This document shows, piece after piece, positions 52,901-64,000 of a stretch of 64,000 nt of DNA. This DNA comes from Eledone cirrhosa (lineage: Eukaryota). Made by a program: the position numbers and the translations under genes. The stretch's first letter is position 1, and the number at the start of each line of letters is the position of its first letter. Location: the NCBI GenBank assembly GCA_964016885.1, contig OZ024764.1, positions 19,840,001-19,904,000 of the forward strand, given 5' to 3'. The notes beneath the pieces were generated by a model, which did no database searches, had not been told where the DNA came from, and saw nothing but the letters and a program-made list of their open reading frames with translations.

Positions 52901-54804
52901 AAATTAATATGCGTTTTTCAAATTGCGTTTTTCGAAATATTAACTTCTGATTTCGAAAACTGATTTTTTTAGGTTTTTGGAAAGAAATTTAATCTGCAAA
53001 ATTTGAAACCAGAAAGTAAATATTTCTAAAGATTTGTAAAAGCATTAATTTTTTAAGTTTTTTTTAGATTTCGAAACATGCAAAAAATCAGAAAAACGTA
53101 AAAAGATTAATGCAGAAGTATATATGAACTCTTTTTCGAAAAACCTAAAAAAAATTAATTATATAAGGTTTTCGAAAAACCTAAAAAAAAATCAATATTT
53201 CGAAATATTAACTTCTGATTTCGAAAACTGATTTTTTAGGTTTTTCGAAAAAAGTTTAATCTGCAAAATTTGAAACCAGGAAGTAGATATTTCGAAAGAT
53301 TTGTAAAAGCATTAATTTGTTAGGTTTTTTTAGATTTACATGCAAAAAAACCGAAAAACGTAAAAAGATTAATGCAGAAGTATATATGAACTCTTTTTCG
53401 AAAAACCTAAAAAAAATTACTTATATAAGGTTTTCGAAAAACCTAAAAAAAAATCAATATTTCGAAATATTAACTTCTGATTTCGAAAACTGATTTTTTA
53501 GGTTTTTCGAAAAAAATTTAATCTGCAAAATTTGAAACCAGAAAGTAAATATTTCTAAAGATTTGTAAAAGCATTAATTTTTTACGTTTTTTTTAGATTT
53601 CGAAACATGCAAAAAATCAGAAAAACGTAAAAAGATTAATGCGGAAGTATATATTTCGACTATGAACTCTTTTTCGAAAAAACTAAAAAAAATTGATTAT
53701 ATAAGGTTTTCGAAAGACCTAAAAAAATCAATATTTGAAATCAGATATAAAAGTATAAAAAAATCAGATATAAAAGTATAAAAAAATTGAAAACCTTATG
53801 GTTTTCGAAAAACCTAAAAAAATCAATATTTGAAATCAGATATAAATATTTCTAAAAGTATAAAAAAATCGATAAGGTTTTCGAAAAAAAATTAATATGC
53901 GTTTTCCAAATTGCATTTTCCGAAATATTAACTTCTGATTTCGAAAACTGATTTTTTTAGGTTTTTCGAAAAAAATTTAATCTGCAAAATTTGAAACCAG
54001 AAAGTAAATATTTCGAAAGATTTGTAAAAGCATTAAATTTTTACGTTTTTTTTAGATTTCGAAATATGCAAAAAATCAGAATAACGTAAAAAGATTAATG
54101 CAGAAGTATATATTTCGAAAAACCTAAAAAAAATTGATTATATAATTAAGGTTCCGAAAAACCTAAAAAAATCCATATTTGAAATCAGATATAAATATTT
54201 TTAAAAGTATAAAAAAATTGATTATATAAAGTTTTCGAAAAAAAATTAATGTGTTTTTCAAATTGCGTTTTTCAAATTGCGTTTTTCGAAGTATTAACTT
54301 CTGATTTCGAAAACTGATTTTTTTAGGTTTTTCGAAAAAAGTTTAATCTGCAAAATTTGAAACCAGGAAGTAGATATTTCGAAAGATTTGTAAAAGCATT
54401 AATTTGTTACGTTTTTTTTAGATTTCGAAACATGCAAAAAATCAGAAAAACGTAAAAAGATTAATGCGGAAGTATATATTTCGACTATGAACTCTTTTTA
54501 GAAAAAACTAAAAAAAATTGATTATATAAGGTTTTCGAAAAACCTAAAAAAATCAATATTTGAAATCAGATATAAAAGTATAAAAAAATCAGATATAAAA
54601 GTATAAAAAAATCAGATATAAAAGTATAAAAAAAATTAATATGCGTTTTTCAAATTGCGTTTTTCGAAATATTAACTTCTTATTTCGAAAACTGATTTTT
54701 TTAGGTTTTTCGAAAAAAGTTTAATCTGCAAAATTTGAAGCCAGGAAGTAGATATTTCGAAAGATTTGTAAAAGCATTAATTTGTTACGTTTTTTTTTAG
54801 ATTT
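31984..54804. repeat. Satellite A main array (~22.8 kb) with ~4.8-kb higher-order repeats
   Basis: Continuous monomers; identical variant strings at offsets 4765-4766 (35370/40136, 36665/41430) and 4854 (45389/50243). Confidence 0.97.
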
Positions 54805-57800
54805 AAACCCCAACCCCAAGACTTAGACTTAGACATAAACCCCAAACCGAAGCTTTAAGACTTAAACTTAAACCCTAACCCCAAGCCTTAGACTTAGACT
54901 TAAACCCCAACCACTAGCATTAGACTTAGACTTAAACTCCAAGCTATAGACATAGATTTAAACCTCAACTTCAAGACTTAGACTTAGACTTAAACCCCAA
55001 CCTCAAGCCTTAGACTTAAAACCTAACCCCAAGCCTTAGCCCAGCTTGTAAACTTAAACCCCAACCGAAAGTCTTAGATTTAGACTTAAACCCCAACCAC
55101 AAGCATTAGACTTAGACTTACCCCAACCATAAGTCTTAGATTTAGACTTAAACCCCAAGCCATAGACATAGATTTAAACACCAACCTCAAACCTTAGACG
55201 TAGACTTAAACCCCAACCTCAAGCCTTAGACTTAGACTTGAACCTCAACCCCAAGCCTTAGACTTAGACTTAAAACCTAACCACTAGTATTAGACTTAGA
55301 CTTAAACTCCAAGCCATAGACATAGATTTAAACACCAACCTCAAGACTTAGCAATAGACTTAAACCCCAGCTCCAAGCCTTAGACTTGGTCTTAAACCCC
55401 AACCACATTAGACTTAGACTTAGACTTAAACCCAAAATCCAAGCCTTAGACTTAAACTTAAACCCCAACCCGAAGCTTTAGACATCGACATAAACCCCAA
55501 CCAATAGCATTAGACTTAGACTTAAACCCCAACATTAAGCCTTAGACTTCGAGTTAAACCCCAAGCCATACACATAGATTCAAACCCCAACACCAAGCCT
55601 TAGACTTAGAGTTGAATCCCAACCCCAAGTCTTAGATTTGGACTTAAATCCCAACAACTAGACTTAGACTTAGACTTAAACCCAATCCTTAGACTTAGAC
55701 TTAAACCCCCAACACCAAGCCTTAGACATAAACCCTAACCCCAAGCCTTAGACTTAAACCCCAACCTTTTGACTTAGACTTAACCCCAACCTTAAGCCTT
55801 AGACTTAGACTTGAACCCCAAGCCTAAGACTTAGACTTAAAACCCAACCACTAGCATTAGACTTAGACTTAAACTCCACGCCATAGACATAGATTTAAAC
55901 CCCAACCTCAAGACTTAGACTTAGAGTTAAACCCCAGCTCCAAGCCTTAAACTTAGACTTAAACCCCAACCCCAAGTCTTAGACTTAGACTTAACCCCAA
56001 CCTTAAGCCTTAGACTTAGACTTGAACCCCAACCCCAAGCCTAAGACTTAGACTTTAAACCCAACCACTAGCATTAGACTTAGACTTAAACTCCACGCCA
56101 TAGACATAGATTTAAACCCCAACCTCAAGACTTAGACTTAGAGTTAAACCCCAGCTCCAAGCCTTAAACTTAGACTTAAACCCCAACCCCAAGACTTAGA
56201 CTTAGACATAAAGCCCAAACCCAAGCATTTGACTTAGACTTAAATCCAACACCAACCCTTAGACATACACTTAAACACCAACCAAAAGGCTTAGACTTAG
56301 ACTTAAACCCCAACCCAAAGCCTTAGACTTAGACATAAACCCCAACCCAAAGCCTTAGACTTAGACTTACACCCCAACCCCTTACCTTAGACGTAAACTT
56401 AAACCCCAACTCCAAGACTTAGACTTAGATTTAAATCCCAACCTCAAGCCTTAGACTTAGACACTAACCCCAAACCAAAGCCTTAGACTTAGAATTAAAC
56501 CCCAACCCCAAGTCTTATACATAGACTTAAACCACAACCCCAAGCCTTAGAATTAAACCCTTATAACAAGCTTTAGACTTACAACTTAACCCCAAACCCC
56601 AACACGTAAACTTAAAAACCAACACAAATCCTTAGACTTAGACTTAAACCCCAATCCCAAGCCTTAGACATAGACTTAAACCCCAACCCCATGTTTAGAC
56701 TTCTACATAAAACCCAACCACAAGCCTTAGACGTAGACTTAAACCCCAACCTTAAGTCTTAGACTTAGACTTAATCCCCAACATTAAGCTTTAGACTTAG
56801 ACTTAAACCCTAAGCCTTAGACATGGATTTAAACCCCAACCACAAGCCTTAGACTTAGACTTACACCCCAAATCCAAGCCTTAGATTTAAAGACTAATAC
56901 CAACTCTTAGACTTAGACTTAAACCACAAACCCAAGCCTTAGACGTAAAATTAAACCCCAACTCCAAGACTTAGACTTAAACCCCAACCTCAAGCCTTAC
57001 ACGTAGTCTTAAACCCCAAACCAAAGCCTTAGAGTTAGACTTAAACTCCAAGCCTTCGACATGACTTAAACCCCTACCCCAAGCTTTAGACTTAGACGTA
57101 AACCCCAACGCCAAGCCTTAGAATTAAATCCTAACCACAACACTTAGTCTTAAACCCGAACCCCAACCTTATCCTTATAATTAGATTTATACCCCAAACC
57201 CAAGCCTTAGACTTAGACTTAAACCCTAACGCCAAGCATTAGATTTATACTCACATCCTAACCCCAAGCCTTAGCCTTAGACTTAAACCCTTACCCCATG
57301 CCTTAGTCTTAGACATAAACCCCAACCACACGCCTTATACTTAGACTCAAACCCCAACACCAAGCCTTAGACTTAGATTTAAACCCGAACCCCAAGCCTT
57401 AGACTTAGATTTACACCACAACCCCAAACCATAGAGTTAGACTTGAAGATCAAGCACAAGCGTTAGACTTAGATTTATACACCAAGCCCAAGCCTTAGAC
57501 TTCGACTTAAACCCCAACCACAAGCATAAGACTTAGACTTAAACCTTACACTTAAAAACCAACACCAAGCCTTAGTCGTAGACTTAAACCTCTACCGAAA
57601 GCCTTCGAATTAAACTGAAACCCCAAACCGAAGCTTTAGACTTAAACTTAAACCCTAACCCCAAGCCTTAGACTTAGACTTAAACCCCAACCACTAGCAT
57701 TAGACTTAGACTTAAACTCCAAGCCATAGACATAGATTTAAACCTCAACTTCAAGACTTAGACTTAGACTTAAACCCCAACCTCAAGCCTTAGACTTAAA

Positions 57801-60800
57801 ACCTAACCCCAAGCCTTAGCCCAGCTTGTAAACTTAAACCCCAACCGAAAGTCTTAGATTTAGACTTAAACCCCAACCACAAGCATTAGACTTAGACTTA
57901 CCCCAACCATAAGTCTTAGATTTAGACTTAAACCCCAAGCCATAGACATAGATTTAAACACCAACCTCAAACCTTAGACGTAGACTTAAACCCCAACCTC
58001 AAGCCTTAGACTTAGACTTGAACCTCAACCCCAAGCCTTAGACTTAGACTTAAAACCTAACCACTAGTATTAGACTTAGACTTAAACTCCAAGCCATAGA
58101 CATAGATTTAAACACCAACCTCAAGACTTAGCAATAGACTTAAACCCCAGCTCCAAGCCTTAGACTTGGTCTTAAACCCCAACCACATTAGACTTAGACT
58201 TAGACTTAAACCCAAAATCCAAGCCTTAGACTTAAACTTAAACCCCAACCCGAAGCTTTAGACATCGACATAAACCCCAACCAATAGCATTAGACTTAGA
58301 CTTAAACCCCAACATTAAGCCTTAGACTTCGAGTTAAACCCCAAGCCATACACATAGATTCAAACCCCAACACCAAGCCTTAGACTTAGAGTTGAATCCC
58401 AACCCCAAGTCTTAGATTTGGACTTAAATCCCAACAACTAGACTTAGACTTAGACTTAAACCCAATCCTTAGACTTAGACTTAAACCCCCAACACCAAGC
58501 CTTAGACATAAACCCTAACCCCAAGCCTTAGACTTAAACCCCAACCTTTTGACTTAGACTTAACCCCAACCTTAAGCCTTAGACTTAGACTTGAACCCCA
58601 AGCCTAAGACTTAGACTTAAAACCCAACCACTAGCATTAGACTTAGACTTAAACTCCACGCCATAGACATAGATTTAAACCCCAACCTCAAGACTTAGAC
58701 TTAGAGTTAAACCCCAGCTCCAAGCCTTAAACTTAGACTTAAACCCCAACCCCAAGTCTTAGACTTAGACTTAACCCCAACCTTAAGCCTTAGACTTAGA
58801 CTTGAACCCCAACCCCAAGCCTAAGACTTAGACTTAAAACCCAACCACTAGCATTAGACTTAGACTTAAACTCCACGCCATAGACATAGATTTAAACCCC
58901 AACCTCAAGACTTAGACTTAGAGTTAAACCCCAGCTCCAAGCCTCAGAATTAAACTATAACCACAAGCCTTAGACAGAAACCCCATCCCCAAGCCTTAGA
59001 CTTTGACTTAAATACCAACTCCTAGCCTTTGACTTAACATTAAACCCCAACCCCCAGCCTTAAATTTAGTCTTAAACCTCGACCCCCAATCCTTAGACTT
59101 AGATTTAAATACCAGCCCCAGGCCTTAGACATAGACTTAAAACACAACCAAAGCCTTAGTCATAGATATAATCCCCAACACCAATCCTTAGACTTAGACT
59201 TACTCGCCAATATTAAGCTGTAGACTTAGACTTTAACCCCAAGCCTTAGTGATAGATTTAAACCCCAACCACAAGCCTTTGACTTAGACTTACACCCCAA
59301 TCCCAAGCCTTAGAGTTAGACTTGAAGATCAAGCGCAAATGTTGGACTTAGATTTGAAACCCAACCACAAGCATAAGACTTAGACTTAAACCCCAACCCC
59401 AAGCCTTAGACTTAGAGACCAACCCCAAGCCTTAGTCGCAGACTTAAACCTCTACCAAAAGCCTTAGAATTAAACTTAAACCCCATACCGAAGCTATAGA
59501 CTTAAACTTAAACCCTAACCCCAAGCCTTAGACTTAAACTTAAATCCCAATCCCAAGCCTTAGACTTAAAACTTACCCCAAACATAAGCCTTAGATTTAG
59601 ACTTAAACCCCAAGCCATAGACATAGATTTAAGCCCCAACCTCAAGCCTTAGACGTAGACTTAAACGCCAACCTCAAGCCTTAGACTTAGATTTTAACGT
59701 CAACTTAGACTTGAGACCCAACTACTAGCCTTAGACTTTACATTAAACACCAACCCCAAGCCTTAGACTTAGATTTAAACCTCAACCCCAGGCCTTAGAC
59801 TTAGACTTAAATCACAACCCAAAGCCTTAGACATAGATTTAATCCCCAACACCAAGCCTTAGAGATAGACTTAAACCCAAACCCCAAGCCTTAGCCTTAG
59901 ACTTAAATCACAAGCCCAAGCCTTAGACTTAAAACCCAACCACTAGCATTAGACTTAGATTTAAACCCTAACACCAAGTCTTGCACTTAGACCTTAACCC
60001 GAAGCCTTAGGCTTAAACCCCAACCCCAAGCTTTAGACTTAGGCTTAAACCCCAACTCCAAGCTTTTGAATTAAACCATAACCACAAGGCTTAGACATAA
60101 ACCCCAACCCTAAGCCTTAGTGTTAGACTTAAACACCAACTCCTAGCCTTAGACTTAAACTTAAACCCCAACCCCAAACCTTTGACTTAAACCACAACCC
60201 AAAGTCTTAGACTTAGACATAAACAACAAGCCATAGACATATATTTAAACCCCAACCACATGACTTAGACTTAGACTTCAACCGCAGCTCCAAGCTTAGA
60301 TTTAAACTCAAACCCCAAGACTTAGACTTAGACTTAAACCCCAACCCCAAGTCTTAGACTTAGACTTAAACCTCAACCCAAAGCATTAGACTTAGACTTA
60401 AACCTCAAACCCAAGACTTAGACTTAGACTGAAAGTCCAACTAAAAGCCTTAGACTTAAACCCCAACTCCAAGGCTTAGACTTAGAATTAAACGTCAACC
60501 CTCAGCCTTAGACTCAGAATTACACCCCAACCCCAAGCCTTAGACTTAGACTTAAAGCCCAACTCCAGGATTTAGATTTAAACCCAACCCTTAAACTTAG
60601 ACTTAAACCCCAACTCTAAAACTTAGGCTTAGACTTAAACCCCAACCTCAAGCCTTAGACGTAGACATTAACCCCAAACCAAAGCCTTAGAATTAGAATT
60701 AAACCCTAACCCAAAGCTTTATACATAGACTTAAACCACAACAGCAAGCCTTACAATTAAACCCTAACAACATGTCTTAATCGTAAATAAACTTAAACCC

Positions 60801-61436
60801 AAACCAAGCCTTAGACATAGACTTAAACCCCAACCCCAAGCTTTAGCCTCAGAGTTGAACCCCAACCCCAAGTTAGACTTAAACCCCAACCACTAGCATT
60901 AGACTTACACTTAAACACCAACTCATTAGCCTTAGATTTACACTTAAACCCCAAACCCAAGAATTAAACCATAAACACAAGCCTTAGACTTAAACCCAAA
61001 AGCCAAGTCTTCGACTTAGGCTTAAACCCCAACCCAAAGCCTTAGACTTAGACTTAAACCCCAACCTCAAGCCTCAGACTTAGACTTATAGCGCAACGCT
61101 TAGACTTAGACTTAACCCCAACCCCTAGCCTTAGACGTAAACTTAAACACCAACCCCTAAACTTAGACTTAAACCCTAACCACAAGCCTTAGACTTAGAC
61201 GTTAACCCCAACCCAAAGCTTACATTTAAACCCCAAACCCAAGCCTCAGACTTAGATTTAAACCCCAACCCCTAGCCTTAGACGTAACCTTAAACTTAGA
61301 CTTACACATAAACCCCAAACTCAAGCCTTAGACTTAGACTTGAACCACAAATACAAGCTTTAGACTTAGACTTAAACCCCAACCCCAACCCTTAGACATA
61401 GACTTAAACCCCAACATCAAGCCTTAGACTTAAACC
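54805..61436. repeat. Satellite B block 2 (near-identical copy of block 1)
   Basis: Matches 25338-31983 at offset 29467, changing to 29453 after a 14-bp deletion near 59704. Confidence 0.97.
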
Positions 61437-64000
61437 TAAAAAAAATCAATATTTGAAATCAGTTATAAATATTTCTAAAAGTATAAACAAATTGATTTGC
61501 GTTTTTCGAAATATTAACTTCTGAATTCAAAAACTGATTTTTATAAAAAAATCAATATTTGAAATCAGATATAAATATTTCTAAAAGTATAAAAAAATCG
61601 ATTATATAAGGTTTTCGAAAAAAAATTAATATGCGTTTTCCAAATTGCATTTTCCAAAATATTAACTTCTAATTTCGAAAACTGATTTTTTTAGGTTTTT
61701 CGAAAAAAATTTAATCTGCAAAATTTGAAACCAGAAAGTAAATATTTCGAAAGATTTGTAAAAGCATTAAATTTTTACGTTTTTTTTAGATTTCGAAATA
61801 TGCAAAAAATCAGAATAACGTAAAAAGATTAATGCAGAAGTATATATTTCGAAAAACCTAAAAAAAATTGATTATATAAGGTTCCGAAAAACCTAAAAAA
61901 ATCAATATTTGAAATCAGATATAAATATTTCTAAAAGTATAAACAAATTGATTATATAAGGTTTTCGAAAAAAAAATGAATATGCGCTTTTCAAATTGCG
62001 TTTTTCGAAATATTAACTTCTTTTTTTAAAATATTAACTGATTTTTTTAGGTTTTTCGAAAAAAATTTAATCTGCAAAATTTGAAACCAGAAAGTAAATA
62101 TTTCGAAAGATTTGTAAAAGCATTAAATTTTTACGTTTTTTTTAGATTTCGAAACATGCAAAAAATCAGAAAAACGTAAAAAGATTAATGCAGAAGTATA
62201 TATGAACTCTTTTTCGAAAAACCTAAAAAAAATTAATTATATAAGGTTTTCGAAAAACCTAAAAAAAAATCAATATTTCTAAATATTAACTTCTGATTTC
62301 GAAAATTGATTTTTTTAGGTTTTTCGAAAAAAGTTTAATCTGCAAAATTTGAAACCAGAAAGTAAATATTTCGAAAGATTTGTAAAAGCATTAAATTTTT
62401 ACGTTTTTTTTAGATCTCGAAACATGCAAAAAATCAGAAAAACGTAAAAAGATTAATGCAGAAGTATATATGAACTCTTTTTCGAAAAAACTAAAAAAAA
62501 TTAATTATATAAGGTTTTCGAAAAACCTAAAAAAAATCAATATTTCGAAATATTAACTTCTGATTTAGAAAACTGATTTTTTAGGTATTTCGAAAAAAAT
62601 TTAATCTGCAAAATTTGAAACCAGAAAGTAAATATTTCTAAAGATTTGTAAAAGCATTAATTTTTTACGTTTTTTTTAGATTTCGAAACATGCAAAAAAT
62701 CAGAAAAACGTAAAAAGATTAATGCGGAAGTATATATTTCGACTATGAACTCTTTTTAGAAAAAACTAAAAAAAATTGATTATATAAGGTTTTCGAAAAA
62801 CCTAAAAAAATCAATATTTGAAATCAGATATAAAAGTATAAAAAAATCAGATATAAAAGTATAAAAAAATTGATTATATAAGGTTTTCGAAAAACCTAAA
62901 AAAATCAATATTTGAAATAGGATATAAATATTTCAAAAAGTATAAAAAAATCGATTATATAAGGTTTTCGAAAAAAAATTAATATGCGTTTTCCAAATTG
63001 CATTTTCCGAAATATTAACTTCTGATTTCGAAAACTGAGTTTTTAGGTTTTTCGAAAAAAATTTAATCTGCAAGATTTGAAACCAGAAAGTAAATATTTC
63101 TAAAGATTTGTAAAAGCATTAATTTTTTACGTTTTTTTTAGATTTCGAAACATGCAAAAAATCAGAAAAACGTAAAAAGATTAATGCGGAAGTATATATT
63201 TCGACTATGAACTCTTTTTCGAAAGAACTAAAAAAAATTGATTATATAAGGTTTTCGAAAGACCTAAAAAAATCAATATTTGAAATCAGATATAAAAGTA
63301 TAAAAAAATCAGATATAAAAGTATAAAAAAATTGATTATATAAGGTTTTCGAAAAACCTAAAAAAATCAATATTTGAAATCGGATATAAATATTTCTAAA
63401 AGTATAAAAAAATCGATTATATAAGGTTTTCGAAAAAAAATTAATATGCGTTTTCCAAATTGCATTTTCCGAAATATTAACTTCTGATTTCGAAAACTGA
63501 TTTTTTTAGGTTTTTCGAAAAAAATTTAATCTGCAAAATTTGAAACCAGAAAGTAAATATTTCGAAAGATTTGTAAAAGCATTAAATTTTTACGTTTTTT
63601 TTAGATTTCGAAATATGCAAAAAATCAGAATAACGTAAAAAGATTAATGCAGAAGCATATATTTCGAAAAACCTAAAAAAAAATTGATTATATAATTAAG
63701 GTTCCGAAAAACCTAAAAAAATCAATATTTGAAATCAGATATAAATATTTTTAAAAGTATAAAAAAATTGATTATATAAGGTTTTCGAAAAAAAATTAAT
63801 ATGCGTTTTTCAAATTGCGTTTTTCGAAATATTAACTTCTGATTTCGAAAACTCATTTTTTTAGGTTTTTGGAAAGAAATTTAATCTGCAAAATTTGAAA
63901 CCAGAAAGTAAATATTTCTAAAGATTTGTAAAAGCATTAATTTTTTAAGTTTTTTTTAGATTTCGAAACATGCAAAAAATCAGAAAAACGTAAAAAGATT
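61437..64000. repeat. Satellite A array (continues off the window)
   Basis: Same monomers; begins identically to the sequence from 31984 onward. Confidence 0.97.

Overview
Eukaryotic, AT-rich, repeat-dominated window, most likely from a cephalopod (Octopus-like): effector-less C2H2 zinc-finger array, mollusc-type SINEs, RTE LINEs and very long (TA)n. The left 24.4 kb holds one intact gene (17-finger C2H2 ZNF, 12954-14405) among relics of Tigger/pogo, Merlin, Tc1/mariner, Helitron-like, RTE and SINE elements. The most notable signal is a set of hammerhead ribozyme (HHR) motifs. Two non-coding ~1.3-kb insertions (2047-3368, 5217-6509), each flanked by an 11-13 bp target-site duplication, are built from a 467-bp unit in direct-plus-inverted copies, and each unit carries a minimal type I HHR (6 in total). 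A 5'-truncated Penelope-like retroelement (RT thumb + GIY-YIG, 19041-22241) has ~770-bp inverted arms, each with a different minimal HHR, and sits in (TA)n. After a 200-N gap the remaining ~39 kb is pure satellite: an AT-rich, palindrome-built satellite alternating with a 32-bp telomere-like satellite in a ~29.5-kb macro-repeat. All calls were made by eye; no database search was run.
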